Both the position numbers and the translations under genes were made by a program. The notes beneath the pieces were generated by a model that was not told the origin of the DNA, ran no database searches, and saw only the letters and a list, made by a program, of their open reading frames with translations. Positions 22,908-32,497 of a stretch of DNA of 64,000 nucleotides are shown in pieces. The DNA lies in the sequence record MT478991.1; one strand, written 5' to 3'. This stretch comes from Escherichia phage vB_EcoM_011D4. Numbering within the stretch: the first letter of the stretch is position 1; the number at the start of each line of letters is the position of its first letter.

Positions 22908-23144
22908 ATGATTAGCTTTAAACGTTTTTTGGTTGAGGCCGCTATTGACGGTTTCATGCGTAAGATTTATTCTTGTAATACTATCGAGGGATTAAATGAA
23001 CTTGAGGCATATTATGAGAAGCGCAAGAAAGAAACAGAATTGAAACCTGCTGATGATATTTCGATCCGTGATGCCATCGCTGGACGCCGTAAGCAATTGG
23101 AAGCGGACAACGAGCCAGAAGAGGAGCCGGAAGAGGATTTTTAA
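22908..23144 (+). CDS. uvsW.1: UvsW.1-like small protein
   Basis: 78 aa immediately downstream of uvsW, acidic C-terminus. Confidence 0.7.
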   Translation: MISFKRFLVEAAIDGFMRKIYSCNTIEGLNELEAYYEKRKKETELKPADDISIRDAIAGRRKQLEADNEPEEEPEEDF

Positions 23145-23148
23145 GATA

Positions 23149-23174
23149 TAAAAAAGCCCCATCATTGATGGGGC
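23149..23174 (-). terminator. terminator hairpin (minus strand T-run)
   Basis: GCCCCA-TCATTGA-TGGGGC preceded on plus by A6. Confidence 0.6.
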
Positions 23175-23207
23175 AAAATAAACCAATTAAAATCGGTTAT
23201 CAACAAA

Positions 23208-23384
23208 TTACATTAACAGCATTGTTTGCTCTACGAGTTGTTCTTGTTCTTCGCCGTTCGCATCTTCACTAATCGAACGTTCTGTTACTAGCTGTAAGCA
23301 GTAGCCAGTGTGAACAACGCCGTTTTCTGTCTGGACGGCTAACGCATCCTCGACAGGTTGTTTACAACAAATACAGATTTTCAT
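23208..23384 (-). CDS. small Cys-rich protein (58 aa)
   Basis: RBS GGAGG 9 nt upstream of ATG, directly after uvsY stop; CICC...GYC; not in ORF track. Confidence 0.4.
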   Translation of the reverse strand: MKICICCKQPVEDALAVQTENGVVHTGYCLQLVTERSISEDANGEEQEQLVEQTMLLM

Positions 23385-23405
23385 AAAAATTCCTCCTGCA
23401 TGTAT

Positions 23406-23813
23406 TTAGCGACCAGATTCCAGCATACGCAATTCTATAGCATTCTTGATCGCAAAGCCACGAGATTTAACGATATCAAGTGCGCGACCAGCGAAATCCA
23501 TTACCATCTGGTAATATGCAATTTTCGTATCAAGTGGCAAGATCTCGTCGTCTGCTGCCATGACAACTTTCAATTCTGATTTCTCGTACTCTGCGCGACA
23601 CCAGTCATCACTACGGTTAGTATAAAAATCAAGACGATTTTTCATAGCCTTTTTCTTTTTAGCCTCAAGTGCAATCGTCTCTCGCTTCGCCTCGCTGTAA
23701 ATCCTTAACCACTTTGAGTATACTACCGGATTATTCAGCGCCTCCCATTGCAACTTAGTCGCATCGATCTTCATGTCAGCTTCTAATTGTTCTTTCAAAT
23801 CGTTTAGGTCCAT
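23406..23813 (-). CDS. uvsY: UvsY recombination mediator
   Basis: 135 aa; DATKLQWEA, KSRGFAIKN match T4 UvsY. Confidence 0.92.
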   Translation of the reverse strand: MDLNDLKEQLEADMKIDATKLQWEALNNPVVYSKWLRIYSEAKRETIALEAKKKKAMKNRLDFYTNRSDDWCRAEYEKSELKVVMAADDEILPLDTKIAYYQMVMDFAGRALDIVKSRGFAIKNAIELRMLESGR

Positions 23814-23860
23814 AATATCCCCTTATTCACACTAAGACCTATATCATATCACACACAAAA

Positions 23861-24259
23861 TCACTTTGCAAGTCTTATGCGTAGTTGTTCAAGATCATCT
23901 GGGTTATCTATTACTGAAAAGTAGATTGATACTATGATTGAGTTATCGTCGTACTGCGGAGTTACTTCTACTGTCAGGTTTCGGACCCGTGGTTCATAGT
24001 TTCGGATCGCCTCATTAATGTTTTTTGATAAGGTATCCACTGTCAGTGGGTTCATGTTCTCAAACAGTGATTTATTGAGATCGCATCCAAACAGTGGATC
24101 AAATGGACGAGATCCCTTGCGAGTAGTAACGATCAGTAGAATCGAATCCTTAACCGCTTTAATTCCTATGTTCTTTTTAACGTCGTTATTCCATGATCTG
24201 GATATATTGAGATCCAAATCAGTATACATCTGATTAATAGTTGCCATGTTATACCTCAA
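23861..24259 (-). CDS. 25: baseplate wedge protein gp25
   Basis: 132 aa; TTRKGSRPFDPLFGCDL and SVIDNPDDLEQL match T4 gp25. Confidence 0.92.
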   Translation of the reverse strand: MRYNMATINQMYTDLDLNISRSWNNDVKKNIGIKAVKDSILLIVTTRKGSRPFDPLFGCDLNKSLFENMNPLTVDTLSKNINEAIRNYEPRVRNLTVEVTPQYDDNSIIVSIYFSVIDNPDDLEQLRIRLAK

Positions 24260-24885
24260 AGAATTTTAAGGAAACTGGATAGACCTGATAATGAATATAC
24301 ACCAGATTCCCCGCATTCGCATTTGATCGGTACTGCCAGCGTGATTTGATTTCTTGTTAGCTCGTCGATCACTTCTTCCACTTTATCCGTGGTAAGCATA
24401 TCCAGCACGCGGTCAAAGTCCTGTGCGTTCAGGTCGTCTATATTGAATTGCTGATCGCCGATCACGATATATTCGATACATGCAATTACCATCTGCATAA
24501 TATCAACATCTTCTGTAAACTTAGGTTGACGAAACTTGATTTTTACTTGTCCTAAGTCCAGAATATACGGTTCAACTTCTGGTATCTGTGTGCGTGAAAC
24601 ATCAAGAGAATATACTTTCTCTTTATTGCATACACCGCATACCCAAGTAGCATCAATTTTCATCTTATTGAGGCTGTGACACCATAAGAGAAGAAAAATA
24701 TATTCTGCTTCGCATTTCTCTAGCTCTAATGCATTGATCCCCGTACATTCATGTATGATCTCTATAACAACCTCTGACAGCTTGCCAGTCTCTTTTGCTG
24801 CTACCAGTTTTTGAAATTCGCCGAAGGTGAAAGCACGGGCGTGTATCAACTTTTCGCCTAATTGGATCTTGAAAAAGTATTGCAT
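24256..24885 (-). CDS. 26: baseplate hub protein gp26
   Basis: 209 aa, ATGA coupling with gp25, T4 order. Confidence 0.85.
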   Translation of the reverse strand: MQYFFKIQLGEKLIHARAFTFGEFQKLVAAKETGKLSEVVIEIIHECTGINALELEKCEAEYIFLLLWCHSLNKMKIDATWVCGVCNKEKVYSLDVSRTQIPEVEPYILDLGQVKIKFRQPKFTEDVDIMQMVIACIEYIVIGDQQFNIDDLNAQDFDRVLDMLTTDKVEEVIDELTRNQITLAVPIKCECGESGVYSLSGLSSFLKIL

Positions 24886-24927
24886 AATAAAACACCCTTT
24901 ATAAACACATAGAATTATTTAGTATTT

Positions 24928-24935
24928 TATAAATA
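24928..24935 (+). promoter_or_regulatory. T4-type late promoter TATAAATA upstream of gp51
   Basis: Exact TATAAATA 21 nt upstream of the gp51 ATG in the divergent 26/51 intergenic region. Confidence 0.55.
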
Positions 24936-24955
24936 CCCGAAAGGGGGATTATACC

Positions 24956-25726
24956 ATGAATATTATCCGAATAAAACTACCGGAAGGTGTGCAGAGATTT
25001 AAACCATTCACGGTAAAAGATTATAGAGATTTCCTTCTGGTGTCAACTGAAATTAAGATGAATCCAGAAGAAGAACAAACGATTCTTGATGAGCTATTAG
25101 AAGAAATATATCCAGAAGTAGATCCTGCATTTCGTGAATATATTTTCCTGAATGTCTTTACTAGTTCAATTGGTAAAACTAAGATACCGCTTTGTTTTAC
25201 TTGCCCGACTTGCAACAAAGAAAGAAAAATGTTGCTTAACTTACAGATTGAAGCACTAAAACCAATCGTTCTGGAGGCCGCAGGGCTTAAAATAACTTTC
25301 CGGTATGTGAAACCATCAACCGACTATGCAAAAACGTTTCTAGATGCGATAGAGCGTGTATCTGATGGTATTAATGATTATCTATGGACTGAATTACCGG
25401 AAGAAGTTAGAGAACAGGTTATCGATTCAATCTCATTTGCTGAATTTGAAGAAGTTGTTAAGCAGATGCACACGATCAAGATCGAACAAAAGATATCTTG
25501 TTGTGAAAGTCATGATCTAAAATACATAGGTCTTCTTCCATTATTCAAATTGTTGTTGAATCCAGATGAGTTATTCATCTTTTATCGAATAAACCATCTA
25601 TTGGCAAAATCAAATTATTCTATCAGTGATCTTATGGATATGTTACCGATTGAGAGAAACATTGCATTGACACTGGTCGAGAAAGACGTAAAAGAGGCAA
25701 ACAATGCAAAGAACGGGGTTTCCTAA
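24956..25726 (+). CDS. 51: baseplate hub assembly protein gp51
   Basis: 256 aa, T4 position. Confidence 0.85.
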   Translation: MNIIRIKLPEGVQRFKPFTVKDYRDFLLVSTEIKMNPEEEQTILDELLEEIYPEVDPAFREYIFLNVFTSSIGKTKIPLCFTCPTCNKERKMLLNLQIEALKPIVLEAAGLKITFRYVKPSTDYAKTFLDAIERVSDGINDYLWTELPEEVREQVIDSISFAEFEEVVKQMHTIKIEQKISCCESHDLKYIGLLPLFKLLLNPDELFIFYRINHLLAKSNYSISDLMDMLPIERNIALTLVEKDVKEANNAKNGVS

Positions 25727-26813
25727 TGTCTCAATAAAACTTTATCAGGATTATGAGGCGTTTCTAAATCATCGCTTTATAGAGTTGGGTGCTACCTTTG
25801 TTACAATGACTCTGCGTGATTCGATCCGTGGGGTCAATGAAGGATTGTTGCAATTCTATGATAATAAAGCGATGCATACAAAATTAAACGGACGAGAGAT
25901 TATTCAGATTTCGCTATCCACTGCCAACACAGATGAAGTGTTCAACCGAATCTATGGGATCTCTCATAGTAATGTAACTATTGACCAAAAATCTGACAAC
26001 ATTTTAACATTCCAGTTAAAGAGCTATCACGAAACACTAAACCTTAAATTTTCTCGCGCATTGACAAATAACGCTGTTAATAACGTAACCAGTATGATTG
26101 ATGCCATCTATAAGGAAGTTCCTTTATGGAAACCTACTATAAAGGGCGATAACGTTGTTATTCCTCGTTGCCCGTGGGTTAGTACCATAAATGACTATAT
26201 GGATTTTGTTAGGGCATACGGGCAAAGCGTAGAAACCGAGTCTTTCGTGTATTGCTGGGAAGATTTTGATGGTATAACGATCGCTGGACACGATACAATA
26301 TTAAAAAATGAGCCAATACCAGCTATAATCTGTGAGCCTAGACTCATGGGGCAATTTATTGATATGTCGCCTAATCTGATGGTTTTTAATTTCGAGTGGC
26401 AGACTAAGAGCAATGCTAAAGTTAAAAATTCATTTAGCAATGTGACATACACAACTATTGATTTTGTTACTAAGCAGTATAATAAAATTGTTGTTGGTAA
26501 TGGGGATAATATTGCACACTTTGCTCATGGTGGCGCTTATGGTAATTTAACTTATAAGAATGCGTTTTTGGAAGGTTCTAAACTTGCCACAATAGAACAA
26601 TATGATTCATATGCTACCGCCGTGTGTCACGGTAATTTTTCGTTGCGCCCCGGTATGGTTATTCGATTCTTTGATGAGAAACAACAAGCACGCAATGATT
26701 TTATTGTTGACGAAGTTGTGCATGAAATTAGCCGAGAGCAATCATTAACTCACCTGTATATGATCGGTAACAGCGAAGAATTACAGGAAGTCAAATTTGA
26801 AGGTAAGATATAA
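25704..26813 (+). CDS. 27: baseplate hub protein gp27
   Basis: 369 aa, T4 order. Confidence 0.88.
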   Translation: MQRTGFPNVSIKLYQDYEAFLNHRFIELGATFVTMTLRDSIRGVNEGLLQFYDNKAMHTKLNGREIIQISLSTANTDEVFNRIYGISHSNVTIDQKSDNILTFQLKSYHETLNLKFSRALTNNAVNNVTSMIDAIYKEVPLWKPTIKGDNVVIPRCPWVSTINDYMDFVRAYGQSVETESFVYCWEDFDGITIAGHDTILKNEPIPAIICEPRLMGQFIDMSPNLMVFNFEWQTKSNAKVKNSFSNVTYTTIDFVTKQYNKIVVGNGDNIAHFAHGGAYGNLTYKNAFLEGSKLATIEQYDSYATAVCHGNFSLRPGMVIRFFDEKQQARNDFIVDEVVHEISREQSLTHLYMIGNSEELQEVKFEGKI

Positions 26814-27331
26814 TGACAGAAACTAAACCTATGTTAAAATTTGTTGTTCCTGTAAAAAAATTAGAGATAAACGGGAAACATATTAAGATCCCAAAAATGG
26901 GGATTAAGCAACATCGATTATTAAAAGATGTTCGTAGCTGTGATGAAACATTAAAGATTCTTCTTGATTCAATCTGTCCTGGGTTAAACGCTGCCGAGTC
27001 TGAATTGGTTATGCTTAACCTTTGTGCGTTTAATGGTAAGTGTCTGGAAGAAAAAGATGGTCTTAAGCTGTCTGATGTGTATATTTGTACAGAGACCGAA
27101 TTTACTTTAAATGGTAAAGTCTTTAAATTTAAAAATCCAATGTATACTTCTGACCCCATTATCGATGACGCTGATTTCTTGAGTCATCATTATCACGATC
27201 CTAGCGTAGACTTCCATGATTTCCCAGCTTTTATTATGGATTGGGCTACAGGATTAAGAAAAACTATTGCACTGGATACACCGGAAGGTACTATCTATGG
27301 TGGAATTAACATATTGGATCGCCTATCATGA
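26813..27331 (+). CDS. 28: baseplate hub distal subunit gp28
   Basis: 172 aa, T4 order. Confidence 0.8.
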   Translation: MTETKPMLKFVVPVKKLEINGKHIKIPKMGIKQHRLLKDVRSCDETLKILLDSICPGLNAAESELVMLNLCAFNGKCLEEKDGLKLSDVYICTETEFTLNGKVFKFKNPMYTSDPIIDDADFLSHHYHDPSVDFHDFPAFIMDWATGLRKTIALDTPEGTIYGGINILDRLS

Positions 27332-29061
27332 ATGACGCATTAACATCATTTCGCGGGATGCGCAAGGAAGCGGAAGAAAACCCGATTGATAAACTTAACA
27401 AGTTAGATAAACTTGATTCTATTGATAATTTGCAAGCCGCTACCGAATTGGTGGCAGAGACAGTAGAACAAAAATCTAATGAAGTTGTTGGTGCGGTAGA
27501 GGATAACACCGCAGCCAATGAATTGACGGCAGAGAATACCCAATCTACCGCTGGCAATACCCAAAAAACTTATGAAGAATTGCAAAAACTCAATAATTTC
27601 TCTTCTCAGATGAATGAGAAATTACGTGGTTTTGGTGTTATGATGGAACGTAGATTTGGTGTTGTCAGTAAAATGGCTAGCGGTATTGGTGCGATTGAAG
27701 AAGCACTGAAAAAACCGGAACAACCGCAAACAATGCCATCACCTCAGCCAGTTTTGCCTACTGTACCGGAACAGCCTAATAATGACAACTATCAAGGTCT
27801 TCCAAAGAAAAAACCAGATGTTGAGGAACGGAAGAAAAAGAACGCCGCAGATAAGCGTAATGCGGATTCTATGGAAAATCTTCTTAAAGTTGTTCGTGGA
27901 GGATTTAAAGAAACCATAGGCATCTCTAATAAGGTCTTAGGGATGTTATTTAAGATCACCTTGACCGCTATGGCAGAAGCCGCAAAATGGGGCGCTATTT
28001 TGATGGGTATTGTTTTTGCCATCGATACCCTTATGATTCATTTCAGATATTGGAGTGATTTATTCGAAACACAATTCGATGAATTTATGGATAAGGCCGG
28101 AGAATGGGCTGGACCAATTAGTGATATTCTAACAACTATTCGTCAAGTTCGAGATTATTGGTCTAAAGGTGAATATGGAGAATTAATTAAATCGCTGGTT
28201 ATGGGTATTGGTGATGCATTCTATAAAACCTTTATCCAACTTGATCGAATTATCACTACTGGTATTGCTAAAATTCTTCGCATGATCCCTGGTATGGGTG
28301 ATTATGCCGATAAGTTAGAATATGGTGCTTTAAAATCTGCTGTCGCTCAAGGCTATACGCCAAATGAAAGAGAACTCGAATTAATGGATAAGGTCGAGTC
28401 TGAACACGAAGAGGACAAATACGGGGAGCGCACAGGGTGGACCGGAAAAGCCCGTGATATTGGCGAAGCTATTGGGGATTCTATTAAGGATAAAGTTAAC
28501 GAAGGTCTTGTTAGTCTGGGTTGGAGAGATCAAAAGGATGTTGACGCAGAGAAACGACAAGAAGAGTTAAAGCGCGGGGAATACAAGTCTGTTTCTGCTG
28601 AACAACGATCTGCTAGTCGTAAACTTAAAATTAAAAGCGAGGGAGCGATCAATAATATTAATGAAGTTATGGAGAATTTGAGCGGTGACTATGACAAAGA
28701 AAGAATGGGAGAGTTGAAAAAGGATATTGATGTTTACCGTGAGAAAGTTCAAGATCCTACATTAGTTGAAAGTGATCGTTCTCAGTTAGAGCGTCTTATT
28801 GAAAAATTTGATGAGATGTATGCTGATAAAACTAAGGGTGTTGTGCAAACACAGCCAGTTCCGGCAACTGAAACGGAAACAGCAAAACAAGCGGAGCGTA
28901 CTGAACAAATGCAGAAACAAGCTGCAATCCAGCAACAAACGACAAATCAGACCTCAAACGTAAATAATACACAAATTGTAACAAACAATAGAACTATTAA
29001 ACAGGGTGCACCAACAACTAGAATTGATGCCCCCGGTACAATTAATATGGGGAACTTTTAA
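27328..29061 (+). CDS. 29: baseplate hub / tail length determinator gp29
   Basis: 577 aa, T4 order. Confidence 0.88.
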   Translation: MNDALTSFRGMRKEAEENPIDKLNKLDKLDSIDNLQAATELVAETVEQKSNEVVGAVEDNTAANELTAENTQSTAGNTQKTYEELQKLNNFSSQMNEKLRGFGVMMERRFGVVSKMASGIGAIEEALKKPEQPQTMPSPQPVLPTVPEQPNNDNYQGLPKKKPDVEERKKKNAADKRNADSMENLLKVVRGGFKETIGISNKVLGMLFKITLTAMAEAAKWGAILMGIVFAIDTLMIHFRYWSDLFETQFDEFMDKAGEWAGPISDILTTIRQVRDYWSKGEYGELIKSLVMGIGDAFYKTFIQLDRIITTGIAKILRMIPGMGDYADKLEYGALKSAVAQGYTPNERELELMDKVESEHEEDKYGERTGWTGKARDIGEAIGDSIKDKVNEGLVSLGWRDQKDVDAEKRQEELKRGEYKSVSAEQRSASRKLKIKSEGAINNINEVMENLSGDYDKERMGELKKDIDVYREKVQDPTLVESDRSQLERLIEKFDEMYADKTKGVVQTQPVPATETETAKQAERTEQMQKQAAIQQQTTNQTSNVNNTQIVTNNRTIKQGAPTTRIDAPGTINMGNF

Positions 29062-30119
29062 TGAAAATTAGTGTTATCAATGATGCCGTTGATAGCTTTA
29101 AAGCGGGGGTTAAAACCTCCGCTGGTTTTACCTCAAAAAATAAAGGGAAAACATTAACCGCTCAATTCCCCGCTGAACGTGCTAGCGGTAATGATGCTAG
29201 CGGTTATTATATCAACGACTTATATAATAATGGTCTGTTATTCACTGCATACGATTATACATCTCGTACTACTGGATCGTTGCGTGATTTCAGGAAAAAG
29301 AAAAATGTTGCTAGCGGTTTTGGCGGTAGCGTTAATATCGCTGGTTTTGATTTAAATTTGGGTGGGAGAAATGCTGCATTTGACCGAGAGGCAATTGCTA
29401 ATATTCTTCTTCCTCGTAGTCAATCTGACGTTGACGCTGCTAGCCATAAGTTTAATGATGTTGGTGAATCTGTCATTTCTCGCGGCGGTGGTACTTTAGG
29501 CGGTGCTCTTTCTAATATGGCATCTACTGCCGTTTTTGGTGGTATCGAAAGTATTACTGGTGGATACCTTGCCGATCACGGTGAACAGATTTATAATACT
29601 GCGCGAAGCATGTATGCGGGTGCTGACGCACGAACTAAAAACTACGTATGGCATCTAACCCCACGTAGTATTGAAGACCTTCGCAATATTCTGATCATAT
29701 ACGAAACGTTTTTAGAATTGTCTTATGGTTCTAGTGGTATTTCCAGCACCGCAAAAGAATTAAAAGCGGAAGTTGATGCGTGGTATAAAAAAACACTATT
29801 GAGAAAATCCACCCCAGAGGAAGCGAAGAGAAATGATACTCTGTTTGAAGGGATCACCGATTTTCTATCAAACGCAATTACTGTATCTAACCCGACAATA
29901 TGGATGATCTCTAACTTCGGTAAGCGTACATCGTTTGAAGGGCGTAGCGATGCATTTGGTCCCGCTCAGATCTCAAGTGTACGTCTGGACAAGTCGCCTG
30001 ATGGTAAGTTTAATGGCCTTGCTATTTCTCCTAACTTGCCGAGTACCTTTGTTCTGGAAGTATCATTTAGAGAGATCTTGACACTTTCCCGTGGTACTAT
30101 ATTTGGGAGTGCGGCATAA
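29061..30119 (+). CDS. 48: baseplate tail-tube junction protein gp48
   Basis: 352 aa, T4 order. Confidence 0.88.
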   Translation: MKISVINDAVDSFKAGVKTSAGFTSKNKGKTLTAQFPAERASGNDASGYYINDLYNNGLLFTAYDYTSRTTGSLRDFRKKKNVASGFGGSVNIAGFDLNLGGRNAAFDREAIANILLPRSQSDVDAASHKFNDVGESVISRGGGTLGGALSNMASTAVFGGIESITGGYLADHGEQIYNTARSMYAGADARTKNYVWHLTPRSIEDLRNILIIYETFLELSYGSSGISSTAKELKAEVDAWYKKTLLRKSTPEEAKRNDTLFEGITDFLSNAITVSNPTIWMISNFGKRTSFEGRSDAFGPAQISSVRLDKSPDGKFNGLAISPNLPSTFVLEVSFREILTLSRGTIFGSAA

Positions 30120-31051
30120 TGTTTGATTTAAATGACTTTAACGAACAAGCCGCTAACCTTGACTTTCAGCGATCTAACTTATTCAGCGTGGCATTTGCCA
30201 CCACTCCAAGTAATAAGACACAAGCGATCCTAGAAAGTATGGGCGGTGCGGTATATGATATTATACCAAATGCATTAAATGACTATTTCGGGATTACTCG
30301 TGGTGATTATACTGACGCATTAACAAATCTTGCTGTACAGGGTGTTAGGCGTGCTGTTGATTCATCCGGTGTCAAAAAGTATCTTTTAGGTGCAATGTCA
30401 TCCCGCGTAGTTCAATCTCTTCTGGGGCAATTTGATGTTGGTACGTATGCGCTTGACTGGTTCAATATGGCATATAAGACAAGCGGTCTTCTGGTGTATG
30501 CTGTTAAGGTTCCAGAAAACAGATTGAATTATGAAATGGACCGTAACCACAATGCGCCAAACATTCGAATTACCGGACGTGATTTTGATCCGCTTGTATT
30601 GAGCTTTAGAATGGACTCTAGCGCATCAAACTATAGAGCAATGCAGGATTGGGTTAACTCAGTAGAAGACCCCGTTACAGGGCTTCGTGCGCTTCCTGTT
30701 GACGTTGAAGCAGATATTCAGGTCAACTTACATAACCGAATGGGAGTTCCTCACACGATCATGATGTTTAATGGTTGTGTTCCTGTTGGTGTGAGTGCAC
30801 CGGAATTAAACTATGAAAACAACAACGAAATCACAACATTCGATGTTACTTTCGCATATCGTTCTATGCAAACTGGTGCTGTAGGAGAGCAAGCCGCGCG
30901 AGAATGGATTGAGGATAAGGCAATAAACGCAATAACAAACACGTTCGGCAATAATTTACTTGATAGTGGGTTATCTGCTGCTGGTAATGCTTTATCGCGT
31001 CTAAATGGCGTTGGTGGGCGTGTGGTGAATACTGTCACTAACTGGTTCTGA
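30119..31051 (+). CDS. 54: baseplate tail-tube initiator gp54
   Basis: 310 aa, gp19-like, T4 order. Confidence 0.88.
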   Translation: MFDLNDFNEQAANLDFQRSNLFSVAFATTPSNKTQAILESMGGAVYDIIPNALNDYFGITRGDYTDALTNLAVQGVRRAVDSSGVKKYLLGAMSSRVVQSLLGQFDVGTYALDWFNMAYKTSGLLVYAVKVPENRLNYEMDRNHNAPNIRITGRDFDPLVLSFRMDSSASNYRAMQDWVNSVEDPVTGLRALPVDVEADIQVNLHNRMGVPHTIMMFNGCVPVGVSAPELNYENNNEITTFDVTFAYRSMQTGAVGEQAAREWIEDKAINAITNTFGNNLLDSGLSAAGNALSRLNGVGGRVVNTVTNWF

Positions 31052-31060
31052 TAAGCGAAA

Positions 31061-31088
31061 GGCGGGGATAATCCCCGCCTTTTTATTT
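31061..31088 (+). terminator. rho-independent terminator ending the baseplate operon
   Basis: GGCGGGGA-TAA-TCCCCGCC + TTTTTATTT. Confidence 0.8.
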
Positions 31089-31598
31089 GATTAAATCATC
31101 ACATTGTTTGCGTAGTTTATAGCGATACTGTTTTGATTGTAGCAATTGAAGTTTTTCATAATCCCCTTCCTCATATGCAGCCGAAAGATCATCTTGATAT
31201 GCTGCTTCCGTCCCGATTACACATACTCCAAATTTTCTACGACGGTCGGCATCTTCCATTGCTTTGCGATTCATTTCTTCAATTGAATTTTCATGACCAT
31301 AATAATATTCGTAAATGCGTTTCTTCTCTGCTTCTTTATCTGCCTTAATCTTTGCGATCTGTTCTGCTGATTCCGGTTGACGACCTAAACGCTGTAATGA
31401 GGCGTCTTTCTTTTCAAGGTAGTCAATAACGCAATCTTCAACGCTATTAAATGGAAAACGTGACTCTTTCTGCCATCGTTCACATGACCGTACAAACTCG
31501 TGTGTATTCTTAGATGCAAGTGCCAGATCATGCACAGCGCACCCATTAAGCATAGCCACTAAAGCCGCAGCAAGACCAATCAGTTTAATCATTTTCAT
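31083..31598 (-). CDS. putative lipoprotein
   Basis: 171 aa; N-terminal signal peptide with Cys (LAAALVAMLNGC). Confidence 0.5.
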   Translation of the reverse strand: MKMIKLIGLAAALVAMLNGCAVHDLALASKNTHEFVRSCERWQKESRFPFNSVEDCVIDYLEKKDASLQRLGRQPESAEQIAKIKADKEAEKKRIYEYYYGHENSIEEMNRKAMEDADRRRKFGVCVIGTEAAYQDDLSAAYEEGDYEKLQLLQSKQYRYKLRKQCDDLIK

Positions 31599-32419
31599 TT
31601 AGTCACCTCACCGAAAATTGTAAATTGTCTACGATTCTCATCACCGAAAGATTCTACTACGTCGTTTACCTTGACGCAAGTCCCGCGCGGTAAAATTACT
31701 TCACATTCGCAAGGATTCCATGCAATTGACCCAACAACAAAACCTTTATGATCTTTTACGTCAATTACCCACGATACATTACAAGAATGTTGCATCTTTC
31801 CGGTCATGGATTCATATCGATTCTCACAATAAAGGCTAGTGCTGTTTGATAGCCAGCCTCCAAAGATGATCGGTGTCATGCTGGTTGACACAAAGTTTTT
31901 AAAGGTAAATTCCTTATCTTCAATAATACGCTCTATTGTCTGAATGTCAAGATGTTGACCGCGATAAAGAGTACCGTTTAACTTTTCGGTTTTATCCATG
32001 ACGCAATCCATCAAATCAACAATCTCTGATATCTCATCGGTCATGTCTTCTTCCCCTAAGAGAGCACCATTTACCCATTCGTATTGTTCAGACACATAAT
32101 CACAGATTGCATTATATTCTGCTGGGGTTATGTTGTTATGTTTGTAATGTTTGAATACATTATCTCCAAAGTCTTCGGAGTGTACTTCATACATCACATT
32201 AATGATTTTCTTGACAAATCCATAATCTTGTGTCTCACGCTCAAGGAAGCGGATAACCTTCACATAATCATCAAAGTTAATCTGATCGCTGATCATCTCA
32301 GTGATCATGTAACCATTAATCCCCTCAATGTCATATGTTTCGATGTAATTATCCATACGTTCCATCATTGATTCGCGTGATTCTTCTGAAAGACGAAAAT
32401 CCTGTAATTTCTTGAACAT
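31595..32419 (-). CDS. ADP-ribosyltransferase, Alt/Mod-family paralogue
   Basis: 274 aa; R-S-E triad TLYRGQ, FVSTS, CECEVILPRG parallels the Alt C-terminus. Confidence 0.7.
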   Translation of the reverse strand: MFKKLQDFRLSEESRESMMERMDNYIETYDIEGINGYMITEMISDQINFDDYVKVIRFLERETQDYGFVKKIINVMYEVHSEDFGDNVFKHYKHNNITPAEYNAICDYVSEQYEWVNGALLGEEDMTDEISEIVDLMDCVMDKTEKLNGTLYRGQHLDIQTIERIIEDKEFTFKNFVSTSMTPIIFGGWLSNSTSLYCENRYESMTGKMQHSCNVSWVIDVKDHKGFVVGSIAWNPCECEVILPRGTCVKVNDVVESFGDENRRQFTIFGEVTK

Positions 32420-32451
32420 TTTAAGCCTCCCATATAACAGAAAACGGGGCT

Positions 32452-32480
32452 AGTATAAAACTAGTCCCCGTTTGAGTCAA
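32452..32480 (-). promoter_or_regulatory. sigma70-type early promoter inside a stem-loop
   Basis: Minus strand TTGACT-N17-TATACT; hairpin CGGGGACTAG..CTAGCCCCG spans the -10; also ends alt. Confidence 0.6.
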
Positions 32481-32497
32481 CCATTATTTCTTAAAAA

